64,000 nt of DNA from an uncultured Gemmatimonadota bacterium (lineage in GTDB: Bacteria > GCA-2686955), in assembly GCA_964490075.1 (NCBI GenBank), contig CAZBBK010000023.1:1-64000 (forward strand), written 5' to 3'. Shown here piece after piece: positions 56,059 to 64,000 of this stretch; within the stretch, counting starts at the first letter, position 1, and each line of letters begins with the position of its first letter. The translations under genes and the position numbers were made by a program. Under the pieces are notes generated by a model. It had not been told where the DNA came from, ran no database searches, and was given only the letters and a program-made list of their open reading frames with translations.

Positions 56059-56922
56059 ATGTTCTCCACCGCCCGCTCCCTGCTCTTCCGCCCCCGCGCC
56101 ACCGTCGAGATTCTGGCGCCGGGCGTGCAACGGCTGCGCCTGAGCAACCGCTTTCTGCGGCCGATGGGATTCGATGTCGAGCTCTTCCTGGTCGACGAGC
56201 TCCTGGTCGACTCCGGCCACCGGCACCAGTCGTCCGAGGTTCTGGCGCTGCTCGCGGAGCGCCCGCTGCGCGCGCTCGCCCTGACCCACCACCACGAGGA
56301 TCACAGCGGCAACGCCGGCTTGATCGCCGCCCGTCACGGGTGCCCGATCTACCTGGCGAGGCCGGAGCTGCGCGCCACCGAAGGCGTCGGAGGACTGCCG
56401 CTCTACCGCCGCTTCTGGTGGGGCTGGCCGGCTCCCTACCGGCCCGAGCCGATGCCTGCCGAGCTCGACACCGGCGCCCGCGCCCTGCTCGCTCTGCCGA
56501 CTCCGGGGCATTCGGCGACCCACAGCGTGTTCTTCGACCCCGATTCCCGTCTCGCCCTGGTCGGCGACCTCTTTCTGTCGGAACGCCTGACGCCGGTGAT
56601 GCGCCAGGAGCGGCCGGCACTGCTCGCGGCGTCGCTGCGGCGCCTGGCGAAGCTGCGGCCGCGGCGCATCGCCAACGCCCACGGCAAGGTGATCGACGAT
56701 CCCGAGCCGCTTCTGCACCTCAAGGCCGATCGACTCGACGCCGCCGCCGAGCGGGTGCGCTCTCTGCACCGGGCCGGCGTGGGCGAGGCCGAGATCGTCG
56801 CCCGGGTGATCCCGGCGCCCTCGCGGCACGACCGTTTCAGCGAGTGGATGAGCCAGGGAGATTACAGCTACCGCTGCTTCGTGCGAGGCTGTCTTCACCA
56901 CGACTCGACGCCAGATTCGTGA
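56059..56922 (+). CDS. Metallo-beta-lactamase-fold hydrolase
   Basis: LVDSG, THHHEDHSG, TPGHS, VGD, AHG. Confidence 0.9.
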   Translation: MFSTARSLLFRPRATVEILAPGVQRLRLSNRFLRPMGFDVELFLVDELLVDSGHRHQSSEVLALLAERPLRALALTHHHEDHSGNAGLIAARHGCPIYLARPELRATEGVGGLPLYRRFWWGWPAPYRPEPMPAELDTGARALLALPTPGHSATHSVFFDPDSRLALVGDLFLSERLTPVMRQERPALLAASLRRLAKLRPRRIANAHGKVIDDPEPLLHLKADRLDAAAERVRSLHRAGVGEAEIVARVIPAPSRHDRFSEWMSQGDYSYRCFVRGCLHHDSTPDS

Positions 56923-57362
56923 CCGAGCCGTGCTTGGCTCCACGGTTCGATGCGATCCGGCTCGGCTCGGCGGCGTACGACCTGAGTCGGTCGTACGCGA
57001 GCGCCGGCGAAGTCTCCAAGCAGTCCGCTGCTCTCGAAGTACGTCGACATATCGTGACGAGAGCGCTCGGGCACTGTCCCGATCGAGTCGGTGCCGCCAT
57101 GCTCGACTCTGCCCGCTGCGGCCTTGAGCTCGGCGAGGCAGAGAAGTCAGGTTCGCTTTGTGAGGCTGTGATAGAGGACTTCTCCACATTCCTCGACGAC
57201 TGGGAGTGCGAAGACGATCTCCTGCTCGAGGAGGAGGAGATCGCACTTCAGCACCTGATCGACGCAATCGATCTGTTGCTGGAGATCCGTGGTGGTGAAG
57301 CCGACGAGATCGGCGAGCTGAGAAGGAGGTGTTTGAAATTGAAATCGCTTTGTGACGAGTAG
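56919..57362 (+). CDS. Hypothetical helical protein, possibly a truncated fragment
   Basis: GTGA overlap with the MBL gene; acidic helical sequence; visibly lower GC than neighbours. Confidence 0.45.
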   Translation: MTEPCLAPRFDAIRLGSAAYDLSRSYASAGEVSKQSAALEVRRHIVTRALGHCPDRVGAAMLDSARCGLELGEAEKSGSLCEAVIEDFSTFLDDWECEDDLLLEEEEIALQHLIDAIDLLLEIRGGEADEIGELRRRCLKLKSLCDE

Positions 57363-57409
57363 GATGGCCAGTAGAACGTCGGACCGAAGGGCCTTGTGCG
57401 CGGCTGTCT

Positions 57410-58876
57410 TCAGCAGCCCCGACCCTCCCCCGCGCCCAGGCCATCCTCCACCCCCATCCGCCACTGAAAGAGCACCGCGGTGACCGCCGCCGCGACGTTG
57501 AGGCTGTCGATCGCTCCGAACTGGGGGATGTCGACCAGTAGATCGGCCTCCGCGCGCAGCAGGGCCGGCAGACCCTCCGCCTCGGCGCCGGCGACGAAGA
57601 GCGGTCGTGGGGGATAGGGGGCGCGGTGGTAGGGGATGCTGGCGGGGGTTTGCTGGATGGCGACGATTTGATGGTCGCCCTCGCGGGCGGCGCGCAGCAA
57701 AGCTCGGGAATCGGCGAGGGCGGTGATCGGCAGCACCTGTTCGACGCCGCGTGACGCGGCGCGCTGCAGATCTCCTCTGCCGACCAGGAAGAGCCGGCTC
57801 AGGCCTGCCGCGTCGGCGCTGCGGGCCGCCACGCCGAGGTTGACGTCGAGGCGCGGCTGGCAGAGCGCGAGGGCGGCGTGGAGGCGGCGCGGGGGCAGTG
57901 CGGGAGCGGAGGGCGGGCCTTCGCGCAGGCCGTAGGGCGGCGTGGCGGAGCGGTCGGCGGCGCGGGGATGGGACCCGTGGCGCTGCGCCATTCTGGCGGC
58001 GTCGAGCTCGCCGCCGCGAGCGCGGGCCGCCAGCCAGGCGACCCCGGGGTCGGGGTCGGCCAGCAAGGTGGGGAGGAGATCGTCGGCCGGGGCCAGGGCG
58101 CGGGCGAGGGCCGCACGCACCCGCGGATCGGCGTCCGCCGCCAGCTCCCGGCCGAGGTCGCCGTCGATGCCCTGCGCCCGAGCCAGCCCCCAGACCGCCG
58201 CGATCCGGTGATCGGTGGCCAGCAGCGTGCACAGCGCGCCGCGATCGGCCAGGTGGTCGAGGGCGGTCGGGTCGCCTGCGAGGGCGCGCTCGGCGAGCTC
58301 GGGCGAGGTCGGATCGAGCGCCGCCAGGAGCCGCAGCAGCGGTTCCGGGGGCGGCCGGTGCGCCGGTAGCGCTCGCCGGACCAGATCGGGATCGAGGGCG
58401 GCCAGACTTCCGGCGTCGCAGATCAACTCCGCCGCCCGCTCGGCGACTGCTCGATCGGGGTCGAGCAGGGCGCGCGCCAGCACCGCGGCCGGCGTCGCCG
58501 GGCCGAGGATCGCCCGCCGGACGCGGGGCGAGGGATCGTCGAGGACGCTCAGAGCCAGCTCCTCGTCGCCCGGCGACTGGGCCGCCAGCAGGCGGGCCGC
58601 GACGGCGCGCGCGCGTGAGGAATGAGCACCCGAGCGGTTGTGGGTGGTGCGCACCAGGGCGGCGCGGGTGCGCCCGACCGGCAGCTCCCAGAGGATCCGC
58701 TCGGCACGGCGCCGCGCCACGCGGCGGGGGGCCTCGAGCAGTCCGATCAACTGCTTCACCAGCGCCGCGTCGGCATGTGCCAGGAGAAAGGCGAGCGCCG
58801 CCTCGCGCCGCGCCGGATCTTCGCCGTGCAGCGCTTCGTCGAGGGCTTCGGATGGGGTGAGGTCGGACAAGGGCAT
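57410..58876 (-). CDS. HEAT-repeat + SpoU/TrmH RNA 2'-O-methyltransferase fusion
   Basis: HEAT units (DDPSPRVRRA, DPDRAV, DADPRVRAA, DPDPGV); SPOUT motifs NLGVAARSADAAG, AGAEAEGL, IPQFGAIDSLNV. Confidence 0.85.
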   Translation of the reverse strand: MPLSDLTPSEALDEALHGEDPARREAALAFLLAHADAALVKQLIGLLEAPRRVARRRAERILWELPVGRTRAALVRTTHNRSGAHSSRARAVAARLLAAQSPGDEELALSVLDDPSPRVRRAILGPATPAAVLARALLDPDRAVAERAAELICDAGSLAALDPDLVRRALPAHRPPPEPLLRLLAALDPTSPELAERALAGDPTALDHLADRGALCTLLATDHRIAAVWGLARAQGIDGDLGRELAADADPRVRAALARALAPADDLLPTLLADPDPGVAWLAARARGGELDAARMAQRHGSHPRAADRSATPPYGLREGPPSAPALPPRRLHAALALCQPRLDVNLGVAARSADAAGLSRLFLVGRGDLQRAASRGVEQVLPITALADSRALLRAAREGDHQIVAIQQTPASIPYHRAPYPPRPLFVAGAEAEGLPALLRAEADLLVDIPQFGAIDSLNVAAAVTAVLFQWRMGVEDGLGAGEGRGC

Positions 58877-59006
58877 GAGCGGACCCTTCGGATGTGCCGG
58901 GTGTGCCGCGCGCCGGCCCTGCGGAGAATGCTACCTGCTATGCTCCGCCCTCGCGGCCGCTCGCCCGTCGAGAGCAGCCCTCGTCGCCAATCATGGGAGT
59001 GCCTCG

Positions 59007-60878
59007 ATGATGGAGAAACCGGCAGACCGGCGCAGCCCACGTTCCGGTGGAGTGGCGCGGCGCGCGCTCGCCGGTCTCGGCCCCACACTGCTCCTGGGCC
59101 TGGTCGGGGGCCTGTGCGCCGGTGGTCTGTTGCTGCAGAAGGAACACTACTGGGCGCTGGGGCTCGATCATCTCGCGCGGGCTCATTTTGTCGACGAGCT
59201 GAATCGCGTCGTCTTGCTGGCGGCCCTGGCCGAGCTCGCCGCCCGCGCGGCGACCCTCGTCGTGCGCTGGCTGGTCGCCGATCCCCTTCGCATCGCCGCG
59301 GTGCGCGCGGGGCTGCGCCTGTGGTTCTTCGGATCCGCGGCGCTGCTGTTGTGGATCAACCACGCCCCGTGGTTCCCGGCCTCGCGCAGCGGCCCGGGGC
59401 TCAAGTGGAACGGGATCATCCTCCTGGTCCTGGGACTGGGGGCCCTGGCCTGCGCACTGCTCTCCAGCCGTCCGCTCTGGACGCGTGTTTGCGGCGCCGT
59501 TCGCGACACGGTTCGTATGTCGCGGGTCGCCGCCGCCAGCGCGATCTCGATCGGAGCCCTCAACCTCGCCGCGCTTGGCGCTCCGGCCGCCCAGGGACCG
59601 CCGGTGATCCTGGTGTCGATGGACACCCTGCGTTGGGACTACGTGAGCGCGCTAGGAGGGCCGGAGGGCACCACGCCGAATATCGACGCTCTGGCGCGCG
59701 ACGGCGTCGCTTTCCAAAACGCCATTTCGCAGGCCGCCTGGACCTTGCCCTCTCATATGTCGCTCTTCACCGGCCAGCACCCGTCGCGCCACGCGGTGGT
59801 TCACAAGTTCGCCCGACTCGACAGAACGCGCTCGGTGATGCTGGCCGAGCTGCTCGCCAACGCCGGATACCGCAGCGCTGCCTTCACCAGCGGCGGCTAT
59901 GTCGGCGATGAGTTCGGATTCGCGCGCGGCTTCGACTCCTACCGGCTGATTCCGATCGGCTGGTTCCCGGTGACGATTCGCGATTGGCTGTCGAAGCGTT
60001 CGCGCGATCCCTTTTTGCTCTTTCTGCACAACTACTCGATTCACAATTACTGGGCGCCGGATGAGCTCTTCGCGAGCGAAGGAGTCGAACAGCGGCCGGG
60101 GTTGAGTGATTTCGATACAGAGATTCGCGAACTGGTCATCCGCTATCAACAGGAGCCGGTGACCGGCGATGTGCTGGGCGACGAGATCGCGCACCTGAAG
60201 GAGCGCTATCGTCTGGCGACCCGCCACCTGGATGCGCAGCTGGGCCAGGTGTTGGGCTGGCTGCGAGAGCTGGATCTCTACGATCAGAGCTTGATCGTGG
60301 TGTTCTCCGATCACGGTGAGGAGTTCGGAGAGCACGGCCACACTTTTCACCGGCAGAGCCTCTACGAGGAGATGGTGCACGTGCCCCTGGTCGTGAAGTT
60401 CCCCGCGGGGCACCACGCCGGCCGACGGGTCGAGCGCGCCGTGCAGCTTGTCGATCTCTTTCCCACCGTGCTGGCGGAGGCCGGAGTGGAAGCGCCGGAT
60501 GGGGTGCAGATCGATGGGGCGGGGTTGCAGCAGCTGCTAGACCAGCCGGGTGACTGGGATCCGGACCGCGGCGCCTTCTCCGAGCTCTACTACCAGGGCT
60601 CGGCGGTGGCCCTTCGGAACGGATCGTCCAAGCTGCTCTACAAGTCGCCAGCGGACGGCGGCGCAGCGCAGCTGGAGCTCTTCGATCTCGGCAACGACCC
60701 GGGCGAGCAACAGAATCTCGCGGCGGACGACCCGGCGCTCGAATCTCGGCTCGTCGAAGAGCTGCTGCGGAGATTCCACGGCGCACGCGCGGCCAGGCTC
60801 ACACGTTCGACCGGCCGCTCACCCGCCATCGATCCGGCCACCCAGCGTCGCCTGGAAGCTCTGGGCTACATGGACTGA
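59007..60878 (+). CDS. Membrane-anchored sulfatase-like hydrolase/transferase
   Basis: N-terminal TMs; VILVSMDTLRWD, WTLPSHMSLFTG, FSDHGEEF.EHG, HVPL, ELFDL..DPGE; C-terminal LEALGY. Confidence 0.88.
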   Translation: MMEKPADRRSPRSGGVARRALAGLGPTLLLGLVGGLCAGGLLLQKEHYWALGLDHLARAHFVDELNRVVLLAALAELAARAATLVVRWLVADPLRIAAVRAGLRLWFFGSAALLLWINHAPWFPASRSGPGLKWNGIILLVLGLGALACALLSSRPLWTRVCGAVRDTVRMSRVAAASAISIGALNLAALGAPAAQGPPVILVSMDTLRWDYVSALGGPEGTTPNIDALARDGVAFQNAISQAAWTLPSHMSLFTGQHPSRHAVVHKFARLDRTRSVMLAELLANAGYRSAAFTSGGYVGDEFGFARGFDSYRLIPIGWFPVTIRDWLSKRSRDPFLLFLHNYSIHNYWAPDELFASEGVEQRPGLSDFDTEIRELVIRYQQEPVTGDVLGDEIAHLKERYRLATRHLDAQLGQVLGWLRELDLYDQSLIVVFSDHGEEFGEHGHTFHRQSLYEEMVHVPLVVKFPAGHHAGRRVERAVQLVDLFPTVLAEAGVEAPDGVQIDGAGLQQLLDQPGDWDPDRGAFSELYYQGSAVALRNGSSKLLYKSPADGGAAQLELFDLGNDPGEQQNLAADDPALESRLVEELLRRFHGARAARLTRSTGRSPAIDPATQRRLEALGYMD

Positions 60879-60884
60879 GTCGGC

Positions 60885-62816
60885 ATGAGCACGCAGTCGA
60901 CCCCTATGCTCTGGATTGCCCTGGCCGCATGCGCCCTGGCCGGCGTGCTGTACTTCGATCTGCAGGTGTTGGCACACTGGATCGCCTCAGCGTCGGGGCA
61001 TGTGCTCGATCCGGAGGTCGACGGACGATTCGGATCGTACGCGATCTCGGCGGGGTTGCACGCGCTTGCCGCATTGTTGCTGGCTCCGCTGGTCTTTGTC
61101 GGCGGACGGCGATTCGGACCCGGATCTTCGCCCAGGCCGCGCCAGGTGGTGCGCGGCACGGCGCTCGCTCTCTTTCCGCTGACCGCCGTCGGCCTGGTGA
61201 CGACCATCAATGCGCGACTCCTGATCGATCGAGTCGGCATGGACCTGGCGTCGATCAGCATCAGTGTTCTCGTCATGACCCTGATCGCCATGGCGACACT
61301 TCCCCTGGCGCGCGCCGACTGGGGCAGGGCGGGGCGTGGCTTGCTGATCTTGTGGGGAATGCTGGCGCTCGCCGTACCCGTGCGCATCGCCTGCGGTCTG
61401 AATGGAGCCCCCGGCGGCTTCCACGGAACGAAGGACGAGGCACCGCCGCCCGATCTGTTGCTGGTGACCATCGACACCTTGAGCGCCGATCACCTGGGTT
61501 GCTACGGCGCCGCCCACGGTGCCACTCCCACCCTGGACAGTCTGGCGACCGCCGGAGTGGTATTCGAGAACGCCTACGCGCAGATTCCGATCACCCTGCC
61601 GGCGCATACCACGCTTCTCACCGGCACCCGGCCCCTCACTCATGGCATCGACTACAACGGTTTCCGCCGCCTGGGCGAGCGACTCGACACACTGGCCGAG
61701 ATGCTGCGCAACGAGGGCCTGGCCTGCGCCGCCTTCGTCAGCGCCGCGCCGCTCGAATCACGCTACGGTCTCGATCGCGGCTTCGAGCTCTACCACGATC
61801 GCTTCCGCGGAGAACGACGCGCTTCGTGGCGACGAGCTCTGCTGACCGGGGTTTGCGCGCGGATGCTCACGGTCCAGGTGTTGCTGGACCGCATCGGGCT
61901 GGCGCCCAAGGCGCTCTTGGAGCGCTCGGCGCGGACCACGATCCACGAGGTGGGTGCATGGCTGGAGGGAGGCGGCGGAGCGCGCTTCGCGTGGGTGCAC
62001 CTCTTCGATCCTCACGCGCCGCATACGCCGCCGGCCGATCTGGCGCCCCGATTCCGGTCGGAGATCGCGGGGAATGCGATCGAGGAGGCGGCAGAGGGCG
62101 GCGATTCGCCTCCGCTGCGGAGGTCGAGCGAGGACCCCTCGGGCTTCGACGCCGATCTCTACGTGGCGGAGGTCGCCGCCGTCGATCGCGCGCTCGGCGC
62201 ACTCTTCGCGAGCTGGCGACAGACCGCCGGTGGACGTTCGAGCATCGTCACGGTGGTCGCCGACCACGGCGAGCACCTGGGCGAGCACGGCTACTACGGC
62301 CACTCGCAGTCGCTCTTCGAACCGGCGCTGCGCATCCCCTGGATCGTCTCGGCGCCGGGGACGGTGCCCGCCGGGCGGCGCGTCGCGCAACCGGTGCAGC
62401 AACTCGATTTCCTGCCCACCCTGCTCGAGCTGCTGGGGCTGCCCGCCCATCCCTCCGCGGAGGGACGCTCGCTGGCGCCGCTGATGGACGGCGGGGCGAT
62501 CGCCGATCTGCCGATCCTGTTGCAGGCGCAGGGTCCCGATGGCCGGCGCCTGGGTGTTCGGCACGGGCGTTGGAAGCTGATCGCCGATTGGCCGAAGGAG
62601 CACGACGAGCCGGTCGCCCTCTGGCTCTACGATCTCGTGAACGATCCCAGCGAGCTGAGGAATCAGGGCCGCGCACGGCCGGAGCGGACCGAGGAGATGT
62701 TGGCCGGGCTGCGCCTGATGCTCGGGAATGCCGCGCCTGTGGTCGCTGCCTCGGAGGAGCTGGCGGTCGATCCCGAAGAGCTCAGGAAGCTCGAGGCGCT
62801 CGGCTATGTGCAGTAG
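60885..62816 (+). CDS. Membrane-anchored sulfatase-like hydrolase/transferase
   Basis: About 5 TMs; LLVTIDTLSADH, ITLPAHTTLLTG, WVHLFDPH, ADHGE.LGEHG, LYDL..DPSE; C-terminal LEALGY. Confidence 0.88.
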   Translation: MSTQSTPMLWIALAACALAGVLYFDLQVLAHWIASASGHVLDPEVDGRFGSYAISAGLHALAALLLAPLVFVGGRRFGPGSSPRPRQVVRGTALALFPLTAVGLVTTINARLLIDRVGMDLASISISVLVMTLIAMATLPLARADWGRAGRGLLILWGMLALAVPVRIACGLNGAPGGFHGTKDEAPPPDLLLVTIDTLSADHLGCYGAAHGATPTLDSLATAGVVFENAYAQIPITLPAHTTLLTGTRPLTHGIDYNGFRRLGERLDTLAEMLRNEGLACAAFVSAAPLESRYGLDRGFELYHDRFRGERRASWRRALLTGVCARMLTVQVLLDRIGLAPKALLERSARTTIHEVGAWLEGGGGARFAWVHLFDPHAPHTPPADLAPRFRSEIAGNAIEEAAEGGDSPPLRRSSEDPSGFDADLYVAEVAAVDRALGALFASWRQTAGGRSSIVTVVADHGEHLGEHGYYGHSQSLFEPALRIPWIVSAPGTVPAGRRVAQPVQQLDFLPTLLELLGLPAHPSAEGRSLAPLMDGGAIADLPILLQAQGPDGRRLGVRHGRWKLIADWPKEHDEPVALWLYDLVNDPSELRNQGRARPERTEEMLAGLRLMLGNAAPVVAASEELAVDPEELRKLEALGYVQ

Positions 62817-62831
62817 CGATCGGTGTCCGCG

Positions 62832-63464
62832 ATGAGGGCATTGCGCTCCTTCTTCATGCGTCGCTGGCTCGGAATGCTGTTGCGAGCGCCGCTGGGGCCG
62901 GCCGAGGCCCCTTCGGTGGCCCGTGCGGTGGCTCAAGCATGGGCTCCCTGGCGCCGCCACGCCGCGCTCAGCGACGATCCCTCCGATCTGTCGCGCGTGA
63001 GTCGCCTGCTCTGGTCCTCGGCGGTGCTACTGGTGCTGCTCTACCGGGAGATCGAGCGCCGCCACGACTCCCAACGTGCCGGCGCGGCGGTCACCACCAT
63101 CGTGCACTCTTTCTCACGCCGCGCCGCCGCGCTCCTGTTGCCCGGCCCGCCGGTGCCATCGGGTGATCCCTGGCGGCTCTTCAAGCGTCGCCTGATGGCG
63201 CTCAACAACCGTCTCGCCCCGGCGATCCGCGGCGACGTGGTGCGCGACGATGCGGCCGGATTTCGCTGGGACGTCCACACCTGCCGCCTGGCCCGGGTCT
63301 GCCGCGCTCTCGATGCACCCGAGGTGGGCGCGATCTACTGCGCCTTCGACGACATTTTCTTCGCTTCGTACGATCCGCGCATTGGTCTGCACCGGGCCGG
63401 GACCATCGCCCGCGGTGATCGCATTTGTGACTTTGCGTACTCGTGGCGTGCGGACGGGCGATGA
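62832..63464 (+). CDS. L-2-amino-thiazoline-4-carboxylic acid hydrolase family protein
   Basis: C-terminal pattern C....C...C..D...R..TIA.G...CDF; start may be GTG 62823. Confidence 0.7.
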   Translation: MRALRSFFMRRWLGMLLRAPLGPAEAPSVARAVAQAWAPWRRHAALSDDPSDLSRVSRLLWSSAVLLVLLYREIERRHDSQRAGAAVTTIVHSFSRRAAALLLPGPPVPSGDPWRLFKRRLMALNNRLAPAIRGDVVRDDAAGFRWDVHTCRLARVCRALDAPEVGAIYCAFDDIFFASYDPRIGLHRAGTIARGDRICDFAYSWRADGR

Positions 63465-63479
63465 CGGGGGGCTTGCCGT

Positions 63480-64000
63480 CTACTGACTCAAAGTATGTTG
63501 CTGGAAAAAGGCCCAGGCCTCGTCCACGTAGACGATGTCCTGGTTTTTCCAGCCGTTGAGCAGGCGCCAGAGCCAGCTGAACTGGGTCGGCCCGGGCCAG
63601 GCGTGGCCGCCGCCGGCGACATCGTAGAAGGCGATCTCGGTGCCTTCGGCGCCGCCGCCGAAGAGGTAGCGGATCACGGTGCTGTGGTCGCCCGGGACCA
63701 GGTTCGGCAGCGGCTCGACCGTGGGGCCCGGATCGACGCCGAGGAACTCGGCCCAGAGCCGGACGGTGTCGTGGGCCGAGAGCACGGTCCCGCGGCTGAA
63801 GGCGATCTCGCCTCCCTCGTAGGGCACGATCGGATCGTCATCGCCGGCGCAGAGCATGATCGAGATCGGCTGCTGCGGCGCGCCGCAGTCGTTGACCGCC
63901 GCCGCGTAGCCCGCCGCTCCCGCCACCGCGGCGATCCGGTCCGAGAGCTCGGTGGCCAGGCGCAGGCTCATCATCGATCCGTTCGACATGCCGGCGGCGT
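63480..64000 (-). CDS. PHB depolymerase / LpqC-like alpha/beta esterase (5' part outside window)
   Basis: GMSNG nucleophile elbow, GDDDPIVPYEGG, GGGHAWPG, AWAFF. Confidence 0.85.
   Translation of the reverse strand, partial: AAGMSNGSMMSLRLATELSDRIAAVAGAAGYAAAVNDCGAPQQPISIMLCAGDDDPIVPYEGGEIAFSRGTVLSAHDTVRLWAEFLGVDPGPTVEPLPNLVPGDHSTVIRYLFGGGAEGTEIAFYDVAGGGHAWPGPTQFSWLWRLLNGWKNQDIVYVDEAWAFFQQHTLSQ

Overview
High-GC bacterial window, probably from a diderm (it encodes a likely outer-membrane barrel and many secreted proteins); the lineage cannot be fixed from sequence alone. No rRNA, tRNA, CRISPR array or intact transposase was seen. From left to right: two secreted repeat proteins; a decayed Rhs locus; a CCA-type tRNA nucleotidyltransferase with an HD protein; an alkaline-phosphatase-family membrane enzyme; an orphan MNT; an Lrp / PLP gamma-lyase-like / homoserine dehydrogenase / aldehyde dehydrogenase operon; a ~10.6 kb defence island (Xre-RES toxin-antitoxin, Schlafen/AlbA_2-HATPase-HTH, internally deleted SNF2 helicase, DUF4391, type III Mod and Res); a head-to-head pair of a Trm9-like methyltransferase and Elp3; BtuF-like protein, aroC, AAA-DUF4143, NUDIX, TPR and GNAT genes; secreted beta-helix and beta-propeller proteins; a 163-bp palindromic element; an M1 peptidase; a metal-uptake operon behind a His-rich leader ORF; an S8 peptidase, an MBL hydrolase, a HEAT-SpoU fusion, two sulfatase-like proteins, an ATC-hydrolase-like protein and a partial esterase. 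The top candidate for an undescribed system is the Elp3 + Trm9-like pair, which suggests a eukaryote/archaea-type mcm5U34 wobble-modification pathway in a bacterium. All family calls come from motif recognition by eye; no searches were run.
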